Assembly: GCA_963676565.1 (NCBI GenBank)
Contig: OY781089.1
Coordinates: 3,232,001-3,296,000 of the forward strand
DNA length: 64,000 nucleotides
Origin: Halarcobacter sp.
GTDB taxonomy: Bacteria > Campylobacterota > Campylobacteria > Campylobacterales > Arcobacteraceae
Direction of reading: 5' to 3'
Shown: piece after piece, positions 31,809 through 40,440 of the stretch
How positions within the stretch are numbered: position 1 is the first letter of the stretch
How the letters are laid out: every line of letters begins with the position of its first letter
Notes under the pieces: generated by a model
Database searches by the model: none
What the model was told of the DNA's origin: nothing
The model's input: the letters and a program-made list of their open reading frames with translations, nothing else
Position numbers and translations under genes: made by a program

Positions 31809-31859
31809 AAAAATAAAACCGATATCCTCTTTATTCAAAGTTTTAATATCGGTTTTTTT
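31809..31859 (+). ncRNA. Candidate ~50-nt Nss-activated small RNA (hairpin also terminates the convergent sensor gene)
   Basis: class-II promoter geometry, then stem AAAACCGATAT/ATATCGGTTTT and T7; no ORF. Confidence 0.5.
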
Positions 31860-31860
31860 C

Positions 31861-32856
31861 TTAAGCTTTTTTATCAATACTACAACTAGACAATAACTTA
31901 TCTAATTCTGCTTTTAAATCCTGTAGTTTTTTTGTTGATTTTAATAATTCTTCAGTTGATTCAATTACTATATCTTCACTTTTATCAATCTGATTCATTA
32001 CTTCCGATTTGTTTTCAATTTCACTAATTAGATTATCAAACTCATCGGTTAAGCTTTCAAGTTTCTCTGAAGCTAGTTTTGATTGTTCTAAAGCATTTTG
32101 TGAATAATTTACTGCACTAGAAACTTTAGAGATAAATTGATTATAGTTATTTGCCATTTCAACAAACTCTGTTTCACCTTCAACCTTTATTGGTGCCATT
32201 TCATCAATGTTTTTGCTTCCAATCTCTTTAGCTTTTTCAATAAACTCATTTGCATGGGATTGTATTTGTCTTAACTGTATTAAAGAATATAGTGAAAAGA
32301 TAAATAAAAAACCAAAGGCTGTATATTGAAAGTTTTTAATAAAATTTGTTTTCTCTTCAATATAATTAGTATAAAGGGTTACTATCTCATCTACTTCAAA
32401 AAGTAGTTCATTATTTGCTTCATTAAAATAAAGTAATAATGAGTTGATTTTTTGTGTATCATTTTTTAAAATTGCTTCTTTAAACTCTAAAGAATTCTTA
32501 TAAAAGACATTCCATAAAACTTGAACTTTTTCTATTTGAGATTTGATATCATGAACTGGAGCTTCAGTAATATCAAGACTTTTATTTCCATCTTTTAATG
32601 TTGCTAATCCAAAGATAAATTGAGAAATAGCTTTATCCATCTCTGTAAAATTTTTTGATTTTGTTTGATTTATAAAATATATATTTTTAGTAATTCTTTG
32701 AGTAAGCATTCTTTGCTTACCTGCAATATTTACAATCAAGGCATCTTTTGTATTTTTGTAATTTAAATGTATTGTAATTGAAATAACTGCAAATATTGTA
32801 ATCATCAATAATGCACCTATAACTTTTATTTTATTACTTACACTTTGAGTTTTCAT
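31861..32856 (-). CDS. NarX/PilJ-type nitrate-sensor membrane protein with no kinase domain (NssS-like)
   Basis: TM, P-box NIAGKQRMLTQR, second TM, HAMP-like segment, coiled coil. Confidence 0.8.
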   Translation of the reverse strand: MKTQSVSNKIKVIGALLMITIFAVISITIHLNYKNTKDALIVNIAGKQRMLTQRITKNIYFINQTKSKNFTEMDKAISQFIFGLATLKDGNKSLDITEAPVHDIKSQIEKVQVLWNVFYKNSLEFKEAILKNDTQKINSLLLYFNEANNELLFEVDEIVTLYTNYIEEKTNFIKNFQYTAFGFLFIFSLYSLIQLRQIQSHANEFIEKAKEIGSKNIDEMAPIKVEGETEFVEMANNYNQFISKVSSAVNYSQNALEQSKLASEKLESLTDEFDNLISEIENKSEVMNQIDKSEDIVIESTEELLKSTKKLQDLKAELDKLLSSCSIDKKA

Positions 32857-33518
32857 ATTCCAACTCCCATGTATATTCCTTTTAATTCATCATAATTATT
32901 TATTATTATCTTTCCTCTTTCTATTTCAATGGTTCCATTTCTAGAAAGTCTTTTTAAAACCCTTGATAGAGTTTCTGGTTGGATATGTAATAGAAGTGAT
33001 ACTTCTGTTCTTTTTAAATCATTAAACATATCTAAATCATTTATCAACATAAATGCAACCTTTGATGTTGCATCAAAAACCAATTCTCGGTTTATAATAC
33101 ATTGAAGTTGCTGATTTTTATATATTAATTCTTCAACAAATTTCATCACAAGTTCATTTTGATACAAAAAACTCTCTTTAAATTTTTTATAATCAATTGA
33201 TAAAAGTGAACTCTCTTTTATAAATTCAGCATTTGAAAAACATCTAACTTGATTTTCTTCTAAACTAGAAAGTTCTGATATCATCGTATTGGCATATACA
33301 TAATATAAAAAAATCTCATTGTCATATTTATCAATTTTATAAACTTTTATTTGTCCCTCAAGCAAAAATAACAATTTATCCGTAGTATCAGCTTCGTAGT
33401 ATAAAATTGAATCTTTTTCATATCTTGAAATATGACTAATCTCTTTTAATACCTTTAATTCCTCTTCACTTATTTGTGAAAAAAGATTGATACTTTTTAT
33501 AGCTTCTTCTAATTTCAT
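32853..33518 (-). CDS. Crp/Fnr family regulator (Nss-type)
   Basis: cNMP-like domain; HTH QPETLSR. Confidence 0.92.
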   Translation of the reverse strand: MKLEEAIKSINLFSQISEEELKVLKEISHISRYEKDSILYYEADTTDKLLFLLEGQIKVYKIDKYDNEIFLYYVYANTMISELSSLEENQVRCFSNAEFIKESSLLSIDYKKFKESFLYQNELVMKFVEELIYKNQQLQCIINRELVFDATSKVAFMLINDLDMFNDLKRTEVSLLLHIQPETLSRVLKRLSRNGTIEIERGKIIINNYDELKGIYMGVGI

Positions 33519-33573
33519 TTTTCTCCCTGTATCCCCAACTTATATATTGTATTAAAAAAAACTTTTAATGTCA

Positions 33574-33587
33574 TTGACATATATCAA
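33574..33587 (-). promoter_or_regulatory. Nss box of the regulator-sensor operon
   Basis: TTGACATATATCAA; TACAAT at 33551-33546. Confidence 0.8.
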
Positions 33588-33630
33588 CTTCAGAATAACA
33601 TTTTAAGGAATCTGTTTATATACTTCTTAC

Positions 33631-34272
33631 ATGAAAACAATAAATAGATTACAAAAGCATGAAATTTTTAATGGATTAGAGCAAAGTGAACTAGAAAAAA
33701 TTGCTCAAATAACAATAACAAAGAATTTTGAAAAAGACCAAATAATATTCTATGAAACAGAAGAGCCTATATACTTTTATTTTCTAAATAATGGTATAGC
33801 TAAAGTTTATAAGGTTGATTCTAAAGGGAATGAGATAGTCTTACATAATTTTGCAGCTCCAACTATGATAGCAGAAATGGCATCAATTGAAAACTTTAAA
33901 TTCCCTGCAACTTGTGTTGCTATGGATAATTGTGAGTTTCTTCTAGTAAAAAAAGAGGAGTTTGTAAATCTTTTAAAAACTAATCCTGATATCTCTTTTC
34001 ATGTGATAAAATCCCTAACAAGAAAAATTAGAGGAATGGAAGGTCTTTTAAATAGAAGTTTAATTTTTGATGCCACAACAAAAGTTGCCCACTATATTGA
34101 TGAACGTACCAATGATTTTATTACAAAAAAAAATAAAGAAGTGGCAAATGAACTTAATATGACTCCAGAAACTCTTTCAAGAGTTCTTAAAAAACTTAAA
34201 GATTTAAATATCTTAGATAAAGATAGAAACCTAATAAATAAAGATAAATTACAAACTTTCTTAGACTTTTAA
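33631..34272 (+). CDS. Crp/Fnr family regulator (NssR/Dnr-like)
   Basis: IAEMA..FPAT; HTH TPETLSR. Confidence 0.92.
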   Translation: MKTINRLQKHEIFNGLEQSELEKIAQITITKNFEKDQIIFYETEEPIYFYFLNNGIAKVYKVDSKGNEIVLHNFAAPTMIAEMASIENFKFPATCVAMDNCEFLLVKKEEFVNLLKTNPDISFHVIKSLTRKIRGMEGLLNRSLIFDATTKVAHYIDERTNDFITKKNKEVANELNMTPETLSRVLKKLKDLNILDKDRNLINKDKLQTFLDF

Positions 34273-34276
34273 TTCA

Positions 34277-34290
34277 TTGATTTATATCAA
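34277..34290 (+). promoter_or_regulatory. Nss box of the hemerythrin operon
   Basis: TTGATTTATATCAA; TATTAT at 34313-34318. Confidence 0.82.
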
Positions 34291-34340
34291 TGAAATTATT
34301 TATATTTTCATATATTATTCTTATAAAAAAAGGATGATAT

Positions 34341-34766
34341 ATGAGTGTAAATGAATTTATGACAAATGACCACAGAGCTTGTGACGAACAATTTGCAAAT
34401 CTTGAAAATATGATTGACCAAGGAAATTTTGACAATGGAACATCTATGTTTGAAGAATTTCATGAGCATATGATTAGACACTTCGATATGGAAGAAAAAG
34501 TTATGTTCCCAATGTTTAATGATGCACAAAGTGAAGGTTGTAATCCAACTCAAGTTATGATAATGGAACATAATCAAATGAGAGCTTTATTAAATAAAAT
34601 GAAAAGTGCTCTCGAAGTAAAAGATAAAAACTCTTTTTTAGGTCTAAGTGAAAATCTAATGTTTTTAGCTCAACAACATAATATGAAAGAAGAACAAATT
34701 ATGTATAACATGGTTGATAATGCTTTAGATTCACAAGTAGTTATAGAAAAGATGAACGAGATTTAA
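34341..34766 (+). CDS. Hemerythrin-domain (HHE) protein
   Basis: DHRACD, HFDMEE, MEH, HNMKEE. Confidence 0.92.
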   Translation: MSVNEFMTNDHRACDEQFANLENMIDQGNFDNGTSMFEEFHEHMIRHFDMEEKVMFPMFNDAQSEGCNPTQVMIMEHNQMRALLNKMKSALEVKDKNSFLGLSENLMFLAQQHNMKEEQIMYNMVDNALDSQVVIEKMNEI

Positions 34767-34767
34767 A

Positions 34768-35028
34768 ATGTTAAAAGAGATTTTACTTGATTGTACAATG
34801 CTTGAATCACCAGAACCATTAAACTTGGTAGTTCAAAATCTTGGAAATATATCTGAAACAAGTTATATAAAAATGATTCATAGAATGCAACCAATGATGT
34901 TATTTAATATCTTAAATCAAAATGGTTTCAAATATATAACTTTAGAAAAAAACAATCAAGTTGAAATCTATATATTTAAAGAAGAATTTTTTAAGGAGCA
35001 AAAAAGATGTATACAGGACTTAGCTTAG
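34768..35028 (+). CDS. DUF2249 / SirA-like small protein
   Basis: LDCTMLESPEPL, HRMQP..LF..L..GF. Confidence 0.75.
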   Translation: MLKEILLDCTMLESPEPLNLVVQNLGNISETSYIKMIHRMQPMMLFNILNQNGFKYITLEKNNQVEIYIFKEEFFKEQKRCIQDLA

Positions 35029-36266
35029 ATCAAGCTCCACCATTTGAAGCACCTTTAAAATTTTTCTTAGCAGCTCCACTTTTTGCAGTTATTGCTGGCT
35101 TTATTCTATTTTTTTCAGATGATTTAAATATGTATACACGCCAAACAATCGCTATTGTTCATATTTTAACAATTGGATTTATTCTAATGACTATATTTGG
35201 AGCTTTACTTCAGATGCTTCCAGTAGTTGCAGGAGCCGTTATAAAAAAACCAAAAATTATAGCAAATACAACTTTTACTTTTTTAGTAATAGGAGTTATA
35301 ACATTTTCTCTAGGTTTTTATTTTTATGAAAAGATTGCTTTATTTATTTCATCAATATCATTACTAATAGCATCAATTGTTTTTTTAGGTATTTGTTTAT
35401 ATGAACTAATAAAAGTGAAACCTAAATCTTTTATTGTTCAAGGTATAATTTTTGCTATTTTTTTTGCACTAATAGCTATCTTAATTGGTGTTCATATGGG
35501 GATTTCCCATGCAAGAGAAAATATTAGTGCTTCATATTTTATTTTTACAAATATCCACTATAATTTTATTTTTGTAGGTTTTATTTTTTTACTTATTGCC
35601 TCTATTACCTTTCAAGTAGTTCCAATGTTTTGGGTAACTAATCCATTTGAAAAAACAAAACAAAAATTTATAATCTACTTTACAGTAAGCTTACTACTTG
35701 CATTTTCTGTATTTTTATTCTTAGGATTTGAAGAGTTGTTTTTTTATAAAATATCTTTATTTTCTATTTGTACATATTTTGCATATCAAACAATAAAAAC
35801 TATAATAAGTAGAAAAAGAAAATTAAAAGATTTATCTGTTTATTACTATATTACAAGTATGGTTTTTCTAATCCTTGGTTCTTTATATTTTTTAGTTTCT
35901 GAATATATAAATTTTAAAATTGAGATTTTAGGAGTGTTGTGGGGGATTGGTTTTATAATGTCACTGATGAATGGGATGTTATATAAAATAGTTCCTTTTT
36001 TAGCATGGTTTCATCTAAGCTCAAAAGGTTTTTTTGATATTCCAACAATAAGAGATATGATTCCACCAAAACATATTGAGTTTCAATTTTATTTACACCT
36101 AAGTGCAATTGTAATTTTTTTATTGTTTTTAATTTTTAATTATCTAATTTTATTAAAACTTGCTGCAATAATTTTTGCTATTTCAAATATATATTTGTTT
36201 TTTAATCTATTTAAAGCAGCAAAAGTATATTTAAATTTTGATACAAGTCAAAGTCAACTAAACTAA
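35007..36266 (+). CDS. Polytopic membrane protein with TM histidines (NnrS / heme-copper-oxidase-like repeats)
   Basis: about 12 TM; HILTIGF..GALLQMLP, HYN..GF..FQVVP, YKIVPFLAWFH. Confidence 0.75.
   Translation: MYTGLSLDQAPPFEAPLKFFLAAPLFAVIAGFILFFSDDLNMYTRQTIAIVHILTIGFILMTIFGALLQMLPVVAGAVIKKPKIIANTTFTFLVIGVITFSLGFYFYEKIALFISSISLLIASIVFLGICLYELIKVKPKSFIVQGIIFAIFFALIAILIGVHMGISHARENISASYFIFTNIHYNFIFVGFIFLLIASITFQVVPMFWVTNPFEKTKQKFIIYFTVSLLLAFSVFLFLGFEELFFYKISLFSICTYFAYQTIKTIISRKRKLKDLSVYYYITSMVFLILGSLYFLVSEYINFKIEILGVLWGIGFIMSLMNGMLYKIVPFLAWFHLSSKGFFDIPTIRDMIPPKHIEFQFYLHLSAIVIFLLFLIFNYLILLKLAAIIFAISNIYLFFNLFKAAKVYLNFDTSQSQLN
36238..36251 (+). promoter_or_regulatory. Nss box embedded in the 3' end of the membrane-protein gene
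   Basis: TTGATACAAGTCAA; TACAAT at 36274-36279. Confidence 0.75.
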
Positions 36267-36304
36267 TTTAGTATACAATTATTACATCCAAAGAAAGGAT
36301 TAAT

Positions 36305-36547
36305 ATGTATAAAATAGTTTTAGCAATAACTTTTATAATAGTTAGCTCTTTTGCAAATGATAATTTACATAAGAAAAACATTCAAAAACAAATGGAAAAA
36401 GAAAAAAAATATAAAGAAGAACAAAAATTCTATCAAGGGAAAAACTACGATTTGGATAGTTTTAAAGTTGATGAGAACTCTTTAAAGAACATCCCTGTTC
36501 AACCAAACTACAATGATGATTTTGATATGGATAATACCTATGACTAA
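36305..36547 (+). CDS. Small secreted hypothetical protein
   Basis: AAGGA SD, signal peptide ..SSFA, acidic C-terminus; terminator follows. Confidence 0.8.
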   Translation: MYKIVLAITFIIVSSFANDNLHKKNIQKQMEKEKKYKEEQKFYQGKNYDLDSFKVDENSLKNIPVQPNYNDDFDMDNTYD

Positions 36548-36577
36548 AAGTAGAAAACTAAATTTCCTACTTCTTTT
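36548..36577. terminator. Hairpin between convergent genes
   Basis: AAGTAGAAA...TTTCCTACTT followed by T-run. Confidence 0.5.
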
Positions 36578-39237
36578 TAATCAAAAATCTTTATACTAGG
36601 ATTGATATTTTCCCATCCCTCTTTTAATCCTTTTTCTAAGGTAAAGCTATCTTTTGGGCTTGCAACTTCATTATAATTATATGGTGTTACTACCATTAGA
36701 CCACCTTTTATCAAAGAAGTAAAAGTGTTTGTCTCAATTTCTGTTCCACTAAAAAGTGAAAATTTCATTTTAAAACCACTTATATCATGAAAAGTTGAGT
36801 TAGTTCTAACAAAGTGTTTATATTTATCATAAATCAAACAATAAATATATGTTTTTGAACCATCAAAACTAAGTTTTATTTTATTAACTTTCCCTATTTG
36901 AACATTTTTATAATAGATTGGTGCTTCTTTATTTATTTTTGTTGGTTCAACTGAGACAACAGTTAAAACCTCGCCACTTTCATTTGCATAAATATCCTCT
37001 AATGAGTCAACACCAGTAAATCTATTATCTGTTACTTTACTAGAACTTGTTACAACACCAATATTTACAGGCATGATAGTTGAACCTATATTTTGAATCT
37101 CATTTAATGAAATTTTAGGCTTCTTAAGATAAAAAATTGTTCCTTTTTTTGCAAATTTCTCATAATCTTTAGAAATCTGGATTTTTACTAAAACTTTATT
37201 TTTATTTGTTAAAGATATATTTGTAACTTTTCCAACCTCTACTCCCTTATAAAGTAGTTTAGAAAAGTGTGTTTTTAAGCCTTCAACATCGTCAAAAGTT
37301 ACATTTAAAGTATTTACAGAATTAATCATATCATCATAAGAAGCATAGATTTGATATCTTGAAAACTTTTGTTTTGAACTATTATCAAGGTTGATAGAGC
37401 CATTTAATAGTGAGCTTAGATTATCAAGTTCAAAAATAACACCCCCTAAAGAGGCATCAAATTTTATTGGAGCCTTTTTGTAAAATCTACTATTTTTATT
37501 TAGATATTTTTTATACTTGTTATAAATAAATATTTTTACTTTTGATTCTTTTTCACCAAAATCAATACTTTTTATATATCCAATCTCTTGGTTCTTGTAA
37601 TTTATTGTTTGTTTAGCTTTTAACTCAAAACTATTATCAAAATAAACATTAGCAACAAAACCTTTTGTTTTTAGTTTTTTTAATTCATCAACCTCTTTAT
37701 AGGTTTCAAAAAGTTTAAAAGTTCTTCTTTTTGATTTAAAATCTCCAATATTTACAAGGGAAATACCTCCATTTAAAAACGGTTTTACACCTGAAAAGTT
37801 GACATTAAAATCAAAGTTTTTTAACTCAATTAATCTTGAACTCATATCATAAAACATAGTTTTATCATTTACCAAAGATTTATATTTAGATTTTATAAGA
37901 ACTGATATTTTTACTTTTTTAAAATCATCACTTAAAGTATAATCTAAAACTTCTCCAATGGGAATATTTTTATAATAAATCTTGCTATCTTTTGTAATTG
38001 AATTTAAGCCATTACTATTTAGTGTAATGATTAAATCATCATCTTCTTTTGTAGTTTTTTTATTTTGAATTTCAAAAAAATACTTTGCTTTACCTTTTTT
38101 ATAATCTACTGATATATAGTTTCCACTAACAACTGTATTTAGATTTTTTATACCATCAATTCCAACTTCTACACTATTTAAGTAAAATTTTGAGTTTTCT
38201 GAAAGTAAATAGTCATAATCTTTATACACAAAAGCTTTTGCAATAACGCTGTTATTGTTTAAGTGAAACTCTTTTATTTTTCCAACTTCAATCCCTTTAT
38301 ACATGATTGAAGTTCTCTCTCCTATCCCATTTGCAGTATCAAACTTCAAGTTTAAAAAGGTTTTTTCTTCAAGTTCTTCTTTATTTTCATATAAAATATA
38401 AGACTCATCCTCTTTCATTTTATTAGCATCTTTTTCTAATGTTAAAACATTTATCCCACCAATTAAAGCAGAATAAAAAGAACTAACTTCTAGTTTCACT
38501 CCACCTGGACCAAAATTAACATCTAAAGCTTTATTCATATAAAACTTTGAACTACTATTTACAAGATGATTGTATCTATCATAAATATAAGCTTTTAAAT
38601 ATACTTGCTCATCTTTGAATACCTTTGAAACAATTTCACCAATTTGAAATTTATTATAAAAAATTGGTGTTTCAACCTCAACAAAATCAGCTCTATTTGA
38701 TAAGATTGAGACATAATAACCATTTCCATTTGTTTCTAAACTAGGTTTAGTATCAAGCCCTTCAAACTCATATTTAGCCTTAACATCTTTATACTTTTTC
38801 AAGTCATTGTATTTTGGAAGAACTTCAATTTTATTACCACTTAACAAAGTCCCTAATCCAGAAACCTTTGTTAAAGAGATAGTAGGTTTTTTAATCCAAA
38901 AACTTGAACCCTCTGTTGCAATAAAATCTGCAACATCACTATTTACAAGAATATTTACTTTGACACTATTTAAATCATTAATATGTATTTTGGTTACTTT
39001 CCCTAATTGAAGCCCTTTATATTCTAAAGGAGTAACTCCTTCTTTTAGACCTTCTGCACTTTTAAAAGTAACAGTAATATTAGTACCTTTTTTGGTATAA
39101 CTTTCATATGCAATCCACCCTAATATACTTAAAATTATCAATGGTAAAATCCAAATAAAAGAAAGAGTTTTTTTCTGTTTTTCTTTAGGTTTGTAAACTA
39201 CAGTTTCTATATTATCTTCAAATTTTTCACTACTCAT
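36577..39237 (-). CDS. Seven-MCE-domain protein (LetB/YebT, PqiB family)
   Basis: N-terminal WILP TM; seven repeats of the ..(Y)KG/N..(I/V)G(K/E)(V/I) MCE motif; start MSSEKF overlaps the upstream gene. Confidence 0.88.
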   Translation of the reverse strand: MSSEKFEDNIETVVYKPKEKQKKTLSFIWILPLIILSILGWIAYESYTKKGTNITVTFKSAEGLKEGVTPLEYKGLQLGKVTKIHINDLNSVKVNILVNSDVADFIATEGSSFWIKKPTISLTKVSGLGTLLSGNKIEVLPKYNDLKKYKDVKAKYEFEGLDTKPSLETNGNGYYVSILSNRADFVEVETPIFYNKFQIGEIVSKVFKDEQVYLKAYIYDRYNHLVNSSSKFYMNKALDVNFGPGGVKLEVSSFYSALIGGINVLTLEKDANKMKEDESYILYENKEELEEKTFLNLKFDTANGIGERTSIMYKGIEVGKIKEFHLNNNSVIAKAFVYKDYDYLLSENSKFYLNSVEVGIDGIKNLNTVVSGNYISVDYKKGKAKYFFEIQNKKTTKEDDDLIITLNSNGLNSITKDSKIYYKNIPIGEVLDYTLSDDFKKVKISVLIKSKYKSLVNDKTMFYDMSSRLIELKNFDFNVNFSGVKPFLNGGISLVNIGDFKSKRRTFKLFETYKEVDELKKLKTKGFVANVYFDNSFELKAKQTINYKNQEIGYIKSIDFGEKESKVKIFIYNKYKKYLNKNSRFYKKAPIKFDASLGGVIFELDNLSSLLNGSINLDNSSKQKFSRYQIYASYDDMINSVNTLNVTFDDVEGLKTHFSKLLYKGVEVGKVTNISLTNKNKVLVKIQISKDYEKFAKKGTIFYLKKPKISLNEIQNIGSTIMPVNIGVVTSSSKVTDNRFTGVDSLEDIYANESGEVLTVVSVEPTKINKEAPIYYKNVQIGKVNKIKLSFDGSKTYIYCLIYDKYKHFVRTNSTFHDISGFKMKFSLFSGTEIETNTFTSLIKGGLMVVTPYNYNEVASPKDSFTLEKGLKEGWENINPSIKIFD

Positions 39238-39811
39238 CCCAAATAATCCTTGTGTCAAATCTACTTGCTGCAATCATTGTTAATATTACTACTAAGGCAA
39301 AAGATGTGGCAGCTATTCCACCTTTTATATTAAATATCTCATTTATTTGTACAGTTGAAACTAACAATGCAACAACATAAATATCTATCATAGACCACTT
39401 TCCAATTAATTCTATAAAATGAAACATTTTTAACTTTGTTTTATTCTTAAAAGGGGTTTCAATCCATAACGATATAAAAATAAACATCAATCCTAAAAGC
39501 TTAGTTAGTGGGATTATTACACTTGCAGTTAAAATTACAATTGCAATAAAATAATCCCCATGATTTAAAAAAGCGATTACCCCTTCAAAAATAGTACTAC
39601 TCTCATTTAAACCAAATCTTGTAACTTCCATCATAGGATAAATCATTGCTGGAATAAAAAGTAATAAAGCACTTATAACTAAAGCTAGGGATATTTGTAA
39701 TGAATCTTTAACCCTTTTTGTAACTGTGTGTTCACATCTATCACATTTAAATGGAGTATAGTCATCTCTTTTATATACTTTATGACAGTTTCTACAAGAT
39801 ATTAAAACCAT
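39230..39811 (-). CDS. PqiA/LetA family protein, C-terminal half
   Basis: CRNC..CDRC, GKWSMIDIYVVA. Confidence 0.9.
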   Translation of the reverse strand: MVLISCRNCHKVYKRDDYTPFKCDRCEHTVTKRVKDSLQISLALVISALLLFIPAMIYPMMEVTRFGLNESSTIFEGVIAFLNHGDYFIAIVILTASVIIPLTKLLGLMFIFISLWIETPFKNKTKLKMFHFIELIGKWSMIDIYVVALLVSTVQINEIFNIKGGIAATSFALVVILTMIAASRFDTRIIWDE

Positions 39812-40383
39812 TATTTAAACACGCTTTTCACTTCAAATTTCTTGTTTGACATATAAAATAAAAATAGATAAAAAAGCATAATATAAAATCCAATATCAAA
39901 TCTTGTACTTGAAACCATACCAGCTAATTTTATATATGTAACTATAATACTTACTACAAAAACCTCAACAAAACCCCACGCTTTAAAAAAATGAAATCCA
40001 TTATATAAACTTTTATTGGAAAATATTTGGAACTTTTGATTTTCTTGAATAAATGCAAAGATTATAACAAGTGAATTTAATATTGGTGCTACTATAACTG
40101 TAAAAAAACCCAACATTGAGACAAAAATAAAACCTTCATCAAAAAGAGTTTGGAAGGTATTAAAAAGTGTTGTTTTTAAAATATTCCCATTAATAGAAAG
40201 ACTCATTAAGGGATAAATATTTAGAAGTATTAAAAGAAGTAAAGATGATAAGGCATAATACAAAGAATCTTTTGAGTGGGTATTAAATAGTTTTATTTTA
40301 CTAGAGCATCTAGGGCAAATTGCCCTTTTAGATTCAACTTTAATAAATAGACCACAGTTTTTACATTCTATAATTTCATTCAT
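39811..40383 (-). CDS. PqiA/LetA family protein, N-terminal half
   Basis: CKNC..CPRC, WGFVEVF..YIKL. Confidence 0.88.
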   Translation of the reverse strand: MNEIIECKNCGLFIKVESKRAICPRCSSKIKLFNTHSKDSLYYALSSLLLLILLNIYPLMSLSINGNILKTTLFNTFQTLFDEGFIFVSMLGFFTVIVAPILNSLVIIFAFIQENQKFQIFSNKSLYNGFHFFKAWGFVEVFVVSIIVTYIKLAGMVSSTRFDIGFYIMLFYLFLFYMSNKKFEVKSVFK

Positions 40384-40440
40384 AATTTATATTTTTTTAT
40401 AAATTATATCTTTTTTTTCTTCAATATTAATTTTTTAAAC

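Noticed and set aside
39230..40383. Split pqiA as a frameshifted pseudogene
   Set aside because: Each half has its own start, CxxC pair and TM domain, and they are coupled by TAATG, which fits a native two-gene arrangement.
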